Positions 29,620-39,474 of a stretch of DNA of 44,589 nucleotides are shown one piece after another. The stretch lies in the sequence record SRR2962707_619; one strand, written 5' to 3'. Within the stretch, counting starts at the first letter, position 1. Each line of letters starts with the position of its first letter. The notes beneath the pieces are model-generated. The model searched no databases. It was not told the origin of the DNA and worked only from the letters and a program-made list of their open reading frames with translations. The translations under genes were made by a program, and so were the position numbers.

Positions 29620-29766
29620 GTGTCATCGTTAATCGTTGCTATTGGTAATAAGAATACAAAACAAAAAATCTCCCAAGATAAATGGGTGTTTCATCTAGCG
29701 AAGTGCGCGTTGCGGGCTTAAGCTCTGGGTAAAAGTTAATCTAAATGGCTTTCGGATGGCTGAATA

Positions 29767-31143
29767 ATGTTAAAAAAACTTGGTTTAGGTCTTGTCGCAA
29801 TTCTTGTTTTGGCTTTGGTCTGGCTTGGCTTTGCACCGCCCGATTTACTGCGTGTAGGGGCAAATTATAGCGCAAAGATGATTTGCTCAAACGTGGTGCT
29901 TGCAAATCGCGATCCTGAGCAGGTTTTACAAGTTGATGTTCAAGCGCCGGGAAATCCTATTCTAAAGCTTTTGAATGTGTCTATTGATACGGACGCGGAC
30001 ACTGGCAATACCATCGTCAAATCCAATCTATTGGGCTTTATTGGCCATGGCCTTTCCTTTGGTAACAAAGACCGTGGTTGCGCGACCGTGTCCAATAGCG
30101 CTGATTTGACTGCGGCGATGAATGCATCTTCATTTGTGCCACCCATTGTGGAAGCTTCTGACGCTGTGTGGCCTGCGGGCAATCGCGTGGAAGCGGGCAA
30201 AAATACCAAGCTGGAAGCAGTTTTGGATGATGCTACTTTAACCGGCGAAGGTATGCGCGCGGTTGTGGTCGTAAAAGATGGACAGATTATCGGCGAGCGC
30301 TATGGCGAAGGTTTTGATGCGCTAACGCCATTACTTGGTTGGTCCATGACAAAAACCGTGAATGCAGCGCTCATCGGCGCCGCTATTAAACAAAATGTCA
30401 TGTCGCTCGACGACACTGATTTATTTGAAGAATGGTCAGGCGATGACCGCGCACAAATCAAGCTTTCAGACCTGATGGGCATGGCCTCTAATCTTAAATG
30501 GAACGAAGGTTATGGCGATGTTTCTGATGTAACGCGCATGCTCTATTTAGAGCCAGATATGGCATCTTTCGCAATAAGTCTGCCTATAGATGAAGGCGGC
30601 GCTTCAGCCATTGGCACGAAGTTTAATTATTCTTCCGGTACGGCGGTTATGATCAGCCAGATTTTGCAAGAGCGGCTGCAAAACGATGCATCTGGTTTTC
30701 CGTCAAAAGCGCTTTTTGGACCACTTGGTATGGCAAGCGCTGTGTTGGAAACGGACGCGAAGGGCACATTTGTCGGCTCCTCCTATATGTATGCAAGTGG
30801 CCGCGATTGGGCCCGTTTTGGGCAGTTACTGTTGCAGCGCGGTGTATGGAATGGAAAGTCACTTTTGCCGGTAGGCTTTGTCGATTGGATGAGTGAAGCA
30901 CACCCATCGTCTGGCGGTATTTATGGAAAAGGGCAGGTTTGGCTTTCCCCGCCCGGTGAAGAAACTGGCGACGCGGCATCTCTGTTGCCTGAAGGAACAT
31001 TCTGGGCGGCGGGTCATGACGGGCAATCTATTGCTGTTATACCGGCAAGCGATCTGGTGATTGTTCGTCTTGGGCTCACGCCTTCATCGGTTGGCTATAA
31101 GCCTAGATTATTGGCACAGGCGGTCATTGCCGCAGTGGAGTAA
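29767..31143 (+). CDS. Serine hydrolase, beta-lactamase/AmpC-like fold, N-terminally anchored
   Basis: N-terminal TM, SxxK (WSMTK), FNYSSG, RDWARFG and AAGHDGQ. Confidence 0.9.
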   Translation: MLKKLGLGLVAILVLALVWLGFAPPDLLRVGANYSAKMICSNVVLANRDPEQVLQVDVQAPGNPILKLLNVSIDTDADTGNTIVKSNLLGFIGHGLSFGNKDRGCATVSNSADLTAAMNASSFVPPIVEASDAVWPAGNRVEAGKNTKLEAVLDDATLTGEGMRAVVVVKDGQIIGERYGEGFDALTPLLGWSMTKTVNAALIGAAIKQNVMSLDDTDLFEEWSGDDRAQIKLSDLMGMASNLKWNEGYGDVSDVTRMLYLEPDMASFAISLPIDEGGASAIGTKFNYSSGTAVMISQILQERLQNDASGFPSKALFGPLGMASAVLETDAKGTFVGSSYMYASGRDWARFGQLLLQRGVWNGKSLLPVGFVDWMSEAHPSSGGIYGKGQVWLSPPGEETGDAASLLPEGTFWAAGHDGQSIAVIPASDLVIVRLGLTPSSVGYKPRLLAQAVIAAVE

Positions 31144-31289
31144 TGTTATCAATTGTCACATTTCGTGTCGGTACTTGCCTTAAAAATACCTTTTTTGAGC
31201 CTAGACAACTTATCAGCGAAGTGTGTTATGCCGCCGCTTGAACGTGCAATTATGCACTTAACTAAGATCCCTAAGATTAAAGGTCTACT

Positions 31290-31856
31290 ATGCGTAAAAT
31301 TTTGATGACATCAGTTTCAGTACTTGCTCTTTTTGCTATCGCAGCATGCGGCGAGAAAAAAGAAGAGACAAAAGCTGAGGACAAAAGCGCTGTTGAAACA
31401 ATGACAGACACAGCAAAAGAATCTGCTGAAGAAACAAAAGAAGAAGTCAAAGACGCAACTGCTGAAACAATGGATAAAGCAGGCGAAACGGCTGAAGAAA
31501 TGAAAGACGCCGCAGCAGATATGGCTAAGAAATTGCAGGACACTGTTGAAGGTGCTGCCGATGCAATGAAGGAAACAACAGGCGAAGCCGTTGAAGGCGC
31601 ATCTGATGCAACTGGCGCAGCTGTGGACGCAACGACTGATACAGCTAAAGACGCTATGGATGCGACAACAGAAGCTGCCAAAGATGCTGTTGATGCAATG
31701 AAAGAAACAGGCGATGCAGCAGCTGAAGCTGCGAAAAAATTGCTTGAAGGCACACCTGGGGCAGAAGTCACACCAGCGCCAGAAACAATTCCGGTTCCTG
31801 AAATGACACCAGCACCAGAAGTAACGCCGGCTCCAGAAGCTAAACCTGCGAACTAA
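31290..31856 (+). CDS. Ala/Glu/Thr/Lys-rich repetitive lipoprotein
   Basis: Signal with lipobox IAAC, AAGG upstream, 11-residue quasi-repeats and a Pro-rich tail; followed by a terminator. Confidence 0.88.
   Translation: MRKILMTSVSVLALFAIAACGEKKEETKAEDKSAVETMTDTAKESAEETKEEVKDATAETMDKAGETAEEMKDAAADMAKKLQDTVEGAADAMKETTGEAVEGASDATGAAVDATTDTAKDAMDATTEAAKDAVDAMKETGDAAAEAAKKLLEGTPGAEVTPAPETIPVPEMTPAPEVTPAPEAKPAN
31764..31853 (+). repeat. Five degenerate 18-bp in-frame tandem repeats
   Basis: gaagtcacaccagcgcca / gaaacaattccggttcct / gaaatgacaccagcacca / gaagtaacgccggctcca / gaagctaaacctgcgaac, encoding EVTPAP ETIPVP EMTPAP EVTPAP EAKPAN. Confidence 0.85.
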
Positions 31857-31885
31857 TCAAACATTTATTTGTTTGTCTGAATGAT

Positions 31886-31914
31886 AAAGGGCTGGCGTTT
31901 CGTCAGCCCTTTTT
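31886..31914. terminator. Intrinsic terminator, probably bidirectional, between the lipoprotein and DMT genes
   Basis: AAAGGGCTGGCG-ttt-CGTCAGCCCTTTTT. Confidence 0.82.
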
Positions 31915-32803
31915 ATTTGGCTTTGCGGCCAAACCAAACACATGCAGCAACGGCGACAGCAAAAAGCAGAGTGCGCAGTGTAATTGCTTCACCGAGCAGC
32001 AGCGCTGACAGGCCAACGGTTACAAACACCTGCAATAATTGTACTTGCCCCACGCGGGAAATGCCGCCGATGGCGAGGCCCGCATTCCATGCAAAAAAAC
32101 CGAGAAACATCGAAAACACGGCATGATAACCAAGGCCGAGCGCGGGCAGCACTTTGATGGTCCAATAGGCATCTTTCCACATGAAAATCGAAGCCAGTGC
32201 ATTGATAGGCAACCAAGCCACAAGCACACGGCAAATCACTTCCCATCCGGCCATATGTGCGGCCATTTTGGCCATGATGACATAGCCAATGGACGTTAGG
32301 GTCGCAGCGATTAGCAACCACAAATAGCCGATAGGCAACGCTCTAATGTTTAAATGATCGCTTTTTCCCAATACAAACCAAAGAACGATTATGGAGCCAA
32401 GGAAGGCCCAAAACCAAAACATCAGGCTTGGTCGTTCCTTGTTTAGGATCACAGCGAATAGGGCGGTTAAAAGCGGCAAAATACCAAGGACAACACCGCC
32501 ATTGCCAGGGCTGACTGTTTGCATCGCAAGCGAAGAAAAGGCAGGGAACGCGAATGTCACCATGAATCCAGCAGGGAGCGTCGTGCCCAGTCCAGCTAGC
32601 AGATTTTTGCGGCCCGTTATCAGAAGCGCAAAGAGAGCGAGCAGGCCAGCAATGGTTGATCTGAAAACGGCGATGAAGATAGGATCATAGACTTCGAGCG
32701 CGAAGATTGTTGCTGGCAAAGTGCCGCCAAAAATAACAACCCCGCAAAAACCAATGGCCAAACCAAGCGGCAGGTTGTGTGTTCTGGCCGTAATTATTGC
32801 CAT
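31913..32803 (-). CDS. DMT (EamA-type) transporter
   Basis: About 10 TM segments in two repeats; PLLTALFA...KERP and FFAWN.GLA.GG..RVGQVQLLQ...LLLGE. Confidence 0.9.
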   Translation of the reverse strand: MAIITARTHNLPLGLAIGFCGVVIFGGTLPATIFALEVYDPIFIAVFRSTIAGLLALFALLITGRKNLLAGLGTTLPAGFMVTFAFPAFSSLAMQTVSPGNGGVVLGILPLLTALFAVILNKERPSLMFWFWAFLGSIIVLWFVLGKSDHLNIRALPIGYLWLLIAATLTSIGYVIMAKMAAHMAGWEVICRVLVAWLPINALASIFMWKDAYWTIKVLPALGLGYHAVFSMFLGFFAWNAGLAIGGISRVGQVQLLQVFVTVGLSALLLGEAITLRTLLFAVAVAACVWFGRKAK

Positions 32804-32955
32804 GATCGTTCCAATTAATAAAATATATTGCCTATACCGCCTTAAAAACTATCGCAATTATAATTTAATTTCGTTACTTAACCTGAGGTCTTGCATGATT
32901 TACTATGCGAGAATCGCAGGGCATACGGCTACTGCTACGGGTTAGGTCTATTAAT

Positions 32956-33666
32956 TTGTCTATCTGGATGCGCATCACAGACTTTGTTACCGACGCCGCC
33001 GAATCGGTCGTAGGGCGTCTGATTGAGGCTGTGCGGACAACATTTGAAGGTGATCCGGAGACACGCCAACGTGTGTCATTTTCGATTGCTATGATCGCGT
33101 TATCAGCAAAATTGGCGAAGGCTGACGGTGTGGTTAGCGAAAGCGAAGTCAACGCATTTCAAGAAATTTTTGATATACCGAGCGAAGATGCAAAGCATGT
33201 TTCGCGTCTTTATAATTTGGCAAAGCAAGATGTCGCTGGCTTTGAAACCTATGCGTTGCAACTGGCGAGCCTTTGCGGTTCTGGCCGTCAGGATTGCATT
33301 ATTCTGCGCGACATTATTGATGGTCTCTTTCACATCGCGAAAGCTGATGATTTAATCCATGAAAATGAATTGACGTTCCTGCGGCGGGTTGCCGAAATTT
33401 TTAATATTTCTGATCTTGAGTTTGAGCGCATCTTGTCACGCCATATGGATATGGGCAAAAGCGATCCTTATCGTGTGTTGGGCATTGAGCGCGGTTTAAG
33501 CCACGATGCAGCGCGCAAAATCTATCTTACGCTTGTGCGTGAGCACCATCCAGATGTTTTGTCCGCGCGGGGCCTTCCTATGGAATTTGTGCGCATTGCC
33601 AATGACCGCCTAGCCGCAATCAATGCTGCATGGGAAATGGTTGAACAGGATTTTCCCAAGTCGTGA
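32956..33666 (+). CDS. DjlA-like co-chaperone (TerB-like domain plus C-terminal J domain)
   Basis: IALSAKLAKADG.V...E, IAKAD..IHENE, and a J domain DPYRVLG...HHPD...INAAW. Probable TTG start at 32956 (MSIW...) after AGGT. Confidence 0.88.
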   Translation: MSIWMRITDFVTDAAESVVGRLIEAVRTTFEGDPETRQRVSFSIAMIALSAKLAKADGVVSESEVNAFQEIFDIPSEDAKHVSRLYNLAKQDVAGFETYALQLASLCGSGRQDCIILRDIIDGLFHIAKADDLIHENELTFLRRVAEIFNISDLEFERILSRHMDMGKSDPYRVLGIERGLSHDAARKIYLTLVREHHPDVLSARGLPMEFVRIANDRLAAINAAWEMVEQDFPKS

Positions 33667-34436
33667 CATCTGAAATTCCATTAGCAGATCAGCAACCCGA
33701 CTTTGACGGCGCAACATTGAGCCCATCACCCAACTTCGGTGACCGCCGCGGTCAAGGCAAAATAGATATGCTTATCTTGCACTATACCGGTATGGAAAAT
33801 GGTGAGAGCGCTCAAAAATGGCTCTGTGATCCGCAAAGCCAAGTTTCATCGCATTACATCGTGCATGAAGATGGTAGCGTTGTTCAAATGGTCAAAGAGC
33901 GCGACCGCGCTTGGCATGCGGGACAAAGCTTTTGGCGCGGCGATGAAGACATTAATTCGCGCTCCATTGGGATCGAAATCGTTAATGGCGGCCATACCTA
34001 TGGTTTGCCAGATTTTACAAAAGAGCAAATGGTTAGCGTTGTGAAACTGTGCCAATCAATCCTCTCGCGCAATGCCATTCCTGCTTGGCATGTTCTTGCG
34101 CATTCAGACATTGCGCCTGTTCGCAAGGTTGACCCGGGCGAAAAGTTTGATTGGAAATTGTTAGCGCAATCCGGTGTTGGCCATTGGGCTGAACCGACCC
34201 CGATTACGGGCGGACGTTATTTTTGTGAGGGCGATTCTGGTCAGCCGGTAGAGGCGCTACAAGCCATGCTTCGCCTTTATGGTTACCGTGTTGAAGTCAA
34301 TGGGCAATTTGATACCCAAACTAAGGGCGTTGTTGAAGCCTTTCAACGCCATTTCAGGCCCGATAGAATTGATGGCGTGGCCGACATGTCAACGATTGAT
34401 ACATTGCATCGTCTTTTGTCAGGCATTGAAGATTAA
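33663..34436 (+). CDS. N-acetylmuramoyl-L-alanine amidase (Amidase_2, AmiD/AmpD-like) with PG-binding domain
   Basis: LILHYT, VSSHY, AWHAG.S.W, N.RSIGIEI, HSDIAP.RK.DPG and C-terminal LQ..L...GY...FQRHF; 4-bp overlap with the DjlA-like gene. Confidence 0.93.
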   Translation: MTSEIPLADQQPDFDGATLSPSPNFGDRRGQGKIDMLILHYTGMENGESAQKWLCDPQSQVSSHYIVHEDGSVVQMVKERDRAWHAGQSFWRGDEDINSRSIGIEIVNGGHTYGLPDFTKEQMVSVVKLCQSILSRNAIPAWHVLAHSDIAPVRKVDPGEKFDWKLLAQSGVGHWAEPTPITGGRYFCEGDSGQPVEALQAMLRLYGYRVEVNGQFDTQTKGVVEAFQRHFRPDRIDGVADMSTIDTLHRLLSGIED

Positions 34437-34582
34437 ACTGCGGCTATTCGCCCTTTTACTCCAGTATTCGATATTAGGCGGGGAATAGAGGCTTCGTTGA
34501 CCCTTAGTCGCATTGCCGCATCTTGACGTTGATAGTACCGCGGCAGCATAGTTGTTCAAATATAATACGTTGGGGAGGTACT

Positions 34583-35260
34583 ATGGGCACAACAATATTG
34601 ATCGCGGACGATCATCCATTGTTTCGCGACGCGATAAAATCGGCTTTAGCGGGACAATTTGAAGGCACAGCATCTGACCAAATAATGTTGGAAGCAAGCG
34701 ATTTCGCCAGCGCAATTAAGGCGCTAGATGAAAACGATGAAGTTGATTTATTGCTTCTCGATTTGAACATGCCTGGATCATCGGGCGTCTCTGCATTGGT
34801 GTCTGTTCGCGCTGCCCATCCTGCCGTGCCCGTTGTTGTTGTATCTGCATCCGATGATGCGACCACCGTGCGCCGTTCAATTGAATTGGGCGCTTCTGGT
34901 TTTATTTCTAAATCGTCATCCACTGAGCAGATACGCAAAGCCGTGGCCAACGTGCTGGCGGGGGATATCTCTTTGCCGGACAATCTTGAACTTGGCAAAG
35001 AGCAAGATGAAGAAGTGGCCGACCTCATTACCCGAATGAAAACACTGACACCGCAGCAAGCGCGGGTTTTAGGCATGTTGGCTGAAGGATTGCTCAATAA
35101 GCAAATCGCTTATGAATTGAGCGTATCTGAGGCGACCATTAAAGCCCACGTATCAGCAGTGCTTCAAAAGCTGCGCGTCGATAGCCGCACGCAAGCGGTT
35201 ATCCGTCTATCTAAAATTGGTTCTGATGTCCTAAGTACCGGTGCCAACAACATCGATTGA
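34583..35260 (+). CDS. LuxR/NarL-family response regulator (CrbR/ErdR/PrlR-like)
   Basis: REC domain IADDHPLFR...LLDLNMPG and HTH LTPQQ..VL..L.EGLLNKQIAYEL.VSEATIKAHVS. Start is ATG 34583 after GGGGAGG. Confidence 0.92.
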   Translation: MGTTILIADDHPLFRDAIKSALAGQFEGTASDQIMLEASDFASAIKALDENDEVDLLLLDLNMPGSSGVSALVSVRAAHPAVPVVVVSASDDATTVRRSIELGASGFISKSSSTEQIRKAVANVLAGDISLPDNLELGKEQDEEVADLITRMKTLTPQQARVLGMLAEGLLNKQIAYELSVSEATIKAHVSAVLQKLRVDSRTQAVIRLSKIGSDVLSTGANNID

Positions 35261-35268
35261 AATTTGAA

Positions 35269-38200
35269 TTATTCAGCCGCTTGCGTGTGATCAAAGGGAA
35301 CAGATTGCAATAAAGCACGCAAGGCGGCTGGTTTAAGCGGCTTATTCAATATCGAAATTCGGTGACTTTCTGCTGCTTCCTTGATTTCAAGCGAGCGGTC
35401 AGCAGTCACCAATATCGCCATAATTTCTGAACCATAGATGTCTCGAACGGCGGCAATTGTGTTGATGCCATTATCATCATCGTCCAGATGATAATCGGCG
35501 ATAATCACATGCGGTTTGCTTATGCCCGCAGCCTTTAGTTCTGTGAGAAGTTCCAACCGTGAAGTGCCTGCGATTGTTTTTGCGCCCCAGCCGCCTAGCA
35601 GTACTTGCATGCCAGCGGTGATGCTTGGCTCATTATCGATACATGCAACGATCAGGCCGTTGAGCAGATTGCGCGATGGCGTAAGCGGCATATCTGTAAT
35701 TGCAACGGGTGCAGCAGAAGTTTTGGCTGGTGTTAGGGACACCGTGAAAGCAGTTCCCACGCCCGAATTAGATTTAAGGTTCACTGTGGCGCCGATAACC
35801 TGTGAAATGCGGTCCACAATCGATAGGCCAAGGCCAAGTCCGCCCGCGATAACCGCGCCCTCATTAAGCCGCTCAAATTCATTAAACACGCTTTTGAATT
35901 TGTTCTTTGGAATGCCGATGCCAGTGTCGTAAACGCAGAATAAATATTTGTCGCCAGATTTACGAACGCCCACGAGCACTTTGCCCTTTTTGGTATATTT
36001 GATGGCGTTGGAAACCAGATTTTGCGCGAGCCGCATCAGCAATGCTCTATCGGTTTCAACCACTGCTGTGCTGGGCAGGACGATAAGTTTTAGATTTTTT
36101 TCCGTCGCCATCGGCGCAAAGTCATTCTTGATTTGATCTAAAACACCGCTCATCGCAAAGACGCTCGGCTTTGATTCCAGGCTGCCACCGTCAAGGCGTG
36201 AAATATCAAGAACCGCCCCAATAATGGCTTCAACGGACCCAAGTGCCGTATCGATTTTAACCGCAATATCGTGTTCATTTTGATCGGGCGCACTGCTGGT
36301 TTGTTCAACTAAGGATGCAGTATAAAGCCGCGCTGCATTCAAGGGCTGGCTAATGTCATGGCCAGCAGAAGCGAGAAATCGTGTTTTACCAAGGTTGGCC
36401 GCTTCAGCGGCGTGGCGCGCTTTGGCTAGTTCTTCATTCACATTTGTCAGTTCTGCCGTCCGGTTGCGCACGCGCTGCTCAAGGCTTTCTTTCGCCTTTT
36501 TAAGCGCTTCATCAGATTCCACACGGCCCGTAATGTCGGCATAGGTGACAACTAAACCACCATCAGGCATCGGGTTTGTGCGAACTTCAAGAATGCGGCC
36601 ACTTTTCGCAAGCGCCAATTGCCAAGCGCCGCGTTTCTGATCCAGATTCTGAATCATCATATCTTTCAATTCAGCGGTGATCTCTTGGCGATCGACCAAC
36701 GCTTCCGTAATGCGTTTAAGCGGCATGCCAAATTGACCGAACTCGGGCGGCAGATCGAGCAGGCGGCGAAATTGTCCATTCCAATTGGTTAATTGATAAT
36801 CACGGTCAAACACCGAAATACCTTGATCCATTTGATCAAGCGCGATTTGCAAAAGGTCGCGGTTTTGCTGAAGCGCTTCTGACGCATCATCAAGAAGCCT
36901 GATTGTTTCATCCGACGAGCTGCCGTCTTTTTCGAGGAGAAGCCCAAGCACCAAACGCGCAGATGACGTGCCAACAGCACTTGCCAGAATTTGCTCTGCA
37001 TAACGGGCCAGCGGAATATCAGTGATATTCATGCCAATCAGCGAACGCCCTTCCTTTTCCTCATAGGCGGAAAAAGCGCGTTCCATGCGCGCAACGCCGA
37101 CATAACGCGCGACTGTTTCTTTGAGTTCGTCAACGGTGATCGTCGTCGTAAATCTTTTCAGCCCGGCGCTGCTTTGCTGATTGCGGGGCACGAAGGTGAC
37201 CGCTTGGATGCGCTCTAGTGGCGTTGCGACGCGTGAGAGAGAGCCAACAATGAGCAAGAACACATTGATCGATAGGCTCCACATAACCCCGTGATTAAGC
37301 GGCGGCATTTCAACACCAAAAAGCGCCTGCGGCCTGAGCGCTGCAATGCCAAACGGGCCAATGGTAATCCAGTCATACTGAACCGAGGTGAGGGCAGGGA
37401 TGAGAAGTGTATAGATCCAAATGCTGATACCGCCGATAAGGCCTGCAATCGCACCACGCGCATTCGCACCGCGCCACATAAGTCCGATAATCAGGGCAGG
37501 CGCAAATTGCGCAATTGCCGCAAACGACAAAAGCCCAATCGCTGCCAGCGGAGCTGATTGTGTGGTCTGTTGGTAATAGGCAAAAGCCGCAATGATAACG
37601 ATGGCAATCGATACGCGCCGCGTGTTGAGGATGACATTAGACCAGTTGCCGCCGCTTGTGCGTAGCACGCTGGAAAAGCGCCAAAGCATAAACGGTATAA
37701 CCACATTGTTAGAGATCATGATCGATAGGGCAACGGTTGCAACGATAACCATGGCCGTTGCAGCTGAAAGACCACCAATGAAGGTCAGCAGCGCCAACCA
37801 GTCTTGCCCTGCAATGAGCGGTAATGCCAACAAGAATTGGTCGGCCGGCGTGCCGTCGTTGACATAGAGCATACCAGCAATCGCAATTGGCATGACCAAA
37901 GCATTGATCAAAATGATGTAAAGCGGAAACACCCAAGCAGCGCGGTTTAGCTCGCTCTCAGAGCGGTTTTCCACGACGATGACGTGGAATTGGCGCGGAA
38001 GCATAATCATCGCGCAGGCGCTCAGCACTGTAAGCACAATCCATGTTTGCAGGGAACTGCCTTTGGCGATGGCCGTTCGCGCCTGATCATTGGACTTAAA
38101 GGCTTCAATGATCGGTCTAATGCCGTCGAACAAGAAAAAGCTGATGACGATGGCGACAACGAGGAACGTGCCGATCTTGATGATGGATTCCAACGCGATG

Positions 38201-38781
38201 GCCAATATGAGGCCATCTTGGTGCTCTGTTGCATCGGCATGGCGCGTGCCAAATAAAATCGCAAAGGCGATCATTGTGAGCGCAACAACCAACGCCACGT
38301 CAAAATTGAGGATGTTGGTATCTGCATTAATGACGCTGTAATGCGTCACCATCAGCGTCACGGCGTCAGAGATCGCTTTGAGCTGCAGCGCGATGTAGGG
38401 AACAGTTCCGACAATCGCAATCGCTGCGACAAGCGCGGCGACACGCGCATTCTTGCCATAGCGAGCAGCCAAAAAGTCAGCCACTGACGTAATGCGTTCA
38501 GCCTTCGAAAGGCGCACGATCTTGCGCACCAGCGGCAAACCAACTGTGAAAACGAGGATAGGTCCGCCAAAAATCCCGAAATATTCAAAGCCGCGATCAG
38601 CAGCCACGCCTACAGAGCCAAAGAACGTCCAAGATGTGCAGTAAACCGCTAGAGAAAGCGCATAAACAAAGGGGCGGGGCGCATTGCGCGCGGCTAAAGC
38701 GCGCCTATCACCATAGGCGGCGACAGCAAATAGAACTGCCAAATAGGCAAATGCGGTAATCGCAATAAGCCAGCCCTGCAT
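35269..38781 (-). CDS. Hybrid sensor kinase with N-terminal sodium:solute-symporter (SLC5) domain, STAC, PAS, HisKA, HATPase and REC (CrbS/MxtR/PrlS-like)
   Basis: YALSLAVYCTSWTFFGSVG, PYIALQLKA, LPRQFHV.VVEN, STAC-like AVGTSSARLVL, PAS (MDQGISVFD), H-box GHDISQPL, NAIKY, GLGLGL and REC ADYHLD. Confidence 0.93.
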   Translation of the reverse strand: MQGWLIAITAFAYLAVLFAVAAYGDRRALAARNAPRPFVYALSLAVYCTSWTFFGSVGVAADRGFEYFGIFGGPILVFTVGLPLVRKIVRLSKAERITSVADFLAARYGKNARVAALVAAIAIVGTVPYIALQLKAISDAVTLMVTHYSVINADTNILNFDVALVVALTMIAFAILFGTRHADATEHQDGLILAIALESIIKIGTFLVVAIVISFFLFDGIRPIIEAFKSNDQARTAIAKGSSLQTWIVLTVLSACAMIMLPRQFHVIVVENRSESELNRAAWVFPLYIILINALVMPIAIAGMLYVNDGTPADQFLLALPLIAGQDWLALLTFIGGLSAATAMVIVATVALSIMISNNVVIPFMLWRFSSVLRTSGGNWSNVILNTRRVSIAIVIIAAFAYYQQTTQSAPLAAIGLLSFAAIAQFAPALIIGLMWRGANARGAIAGLIGGISIWIYTLLIPALTSVQYDWITIGPFGIAALRPQALFGVEMPPLNHGVMWSLSINVFLLIVGSLSRVATPLERIQAVTFVPRNQQSSAGLKRFTTTITVDELKETVARYVGVARMERAFSAYEEKEGRSLIGMNITDIPLARYAEQILASAVGTSSARLVLGLLLEKDGSSSDETIRLLDDASEALQQNRDLLQIALDQMDQGISVFDRDYQLTNWNGQFRRLLDLPPEFGQFGMPLKRITEALVDRQEITAELKDMMIQNLDQKRGAWQLALAKSGRILEVRTNPMPDGGLVVTYADITGRVESDEALKKAKESLEQRVRNRTAELTNVNEELAKARHAAEAANLGKTRFLASAGHDISQPLNAARLYTASLVEQTSSAPDQNEHDIAVKIDTALGSVEAIIGAVLDISRLDGGSLESKPSVFAMSGVLDQIKNDFAPMATEKNLKLIVLPSTAVVETDRALLMRLAQNLVSNAIKYTKKGKVLVGVRKSGDKYLFCVYDTGIGIPKNKFKSVFNEFERLNEGAVIAGGLGLGLSIVDRISQVIGATVNLKSNSGVGTAFTVSLTPAKTSAAPVAITDMPLTPSRNLLNGLIVACIDNEPSITAGMQVLLGGWGAKTIAGTSRLELLTELKAAGISKPHVIIADYHLDDDDNGINTIAAVRDIYGSEIMAILVTADRSLEIKEAAESHRISILNKPLKPAALRALLQSVPFDHTQAAE

Positions 38782-38994
38782 AATCTTCTCCCAATTTAGA
38801 TCACCAAATCAGATAGATGAGTTGCTGTCTAGCTACTCACTTACGCGCTAAACGGTGTTGCTGACGAGATAAAATGAGTGGCAAACTAAATTGAACTGTA
38901 GCAATTTGTGCCCTAACCGATGTAAAATCGAGAAAATCAGGCGATAAAATGAAAAATCGACTGACAGGCGGAAAACTTATAACTGGGGAAACAC

Positions 38995-39426
38995 ATGAGT
39001 ATTGTAGGCGAGTTTAAGGCCTTTATCGCAAAGGGCAATGTTCTGGATCTCGCGGTCGGTGTAATCATCGGTGGTGCATTTGGCACTATCGTTGCTTCAT
39101 TGACTGGCGACATTATTATGCCGGTCGTTGGTGCTATCTTCGGCGGGGTTGATTTCACAAACTACTTTATCGGTCTTGGTTCTGGCATCACAGCGACCAC
39201 ATTAGACGCAGCCAAGGAACAGGGCGCAGTTCTGGCCTATGGTAGCTTCATCACCGCGGTAATCAATTTCCTCATTCTCGCATTCATCATTTTCTTGATC
39301 GTCAAAGGCGCGAACAAAGTGATGGAAGAAAAGAATGAAGATACGCCGGTCGAACCTGCTGCACCACCAGCTGATATTGCCCTTCTGACTGAAATTCGCG
39401 ATGCATTAGTAAAGAAAAAGAAGTGA
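38995..39426 (+). CDS. mscL: Large-conductance mechanosensitive channel
   Basis: [35 protein letters not shown] and LLTEIRD. Confidence 0.97.
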   Translation: MSIVGEFKAFIAKGNVLDLAVGVIIGGAFGTIVASLTGDIIMPVVGAIFGGVDFTNYFIGLGSGITATTLDAAKEQGAVLAYGSFITAVINFLILAFIIFLIVKGANKVMEEKNEDTPVEPAAPPADIALLTEIRDALVKKKK

Positions 39427-39448
39427 TCTAGCTAAATAGAAATTTATG

Positions 39449-39474
39449 AAAGCCCAGCGCGAGCTGGGCTTTTT
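39449..39474 (+). terminator. Intrinsic terminator after mscL
   Basis: AAAGCCCAGC-gcga-GCTGGGCTTTTT, with a GNRA loop. Confidence 0.9.

Noticed and set aside
29767..31143. Beta-lactam resistance gene
   Set aside because: The SxxK fold is shared by many esterases, amidases and peptidases. The N-terminal anchor and extra domain do not resemble a classical AmpC.
31277..31771. 164-aa Ser/Ala-rich antisense ORF
   Set aside because: It mirrors the low-complexity lipoprotein on the other strand, which has the RBS, lipobox and terminator.
32865..32883. CtrA site upstream of the DjlA-like/amidase operon (TTAA...TTAACC)
   Set aside because: The spacer is 9 nt rather than 7, in a very AT-rich interval; at most a half-site.
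34497..34508. 12-mer TTGACCCTTAGT repeated at 41903-41914; possible CrbR-type site
   Set aside because: About 60 chance 12-mer pairs are expected in a window this size at uniform composition. The GAC...GTC spacing here is N5 rather than the N4 I recall for CrbR-type sites, and the second copy lacks the GTC.
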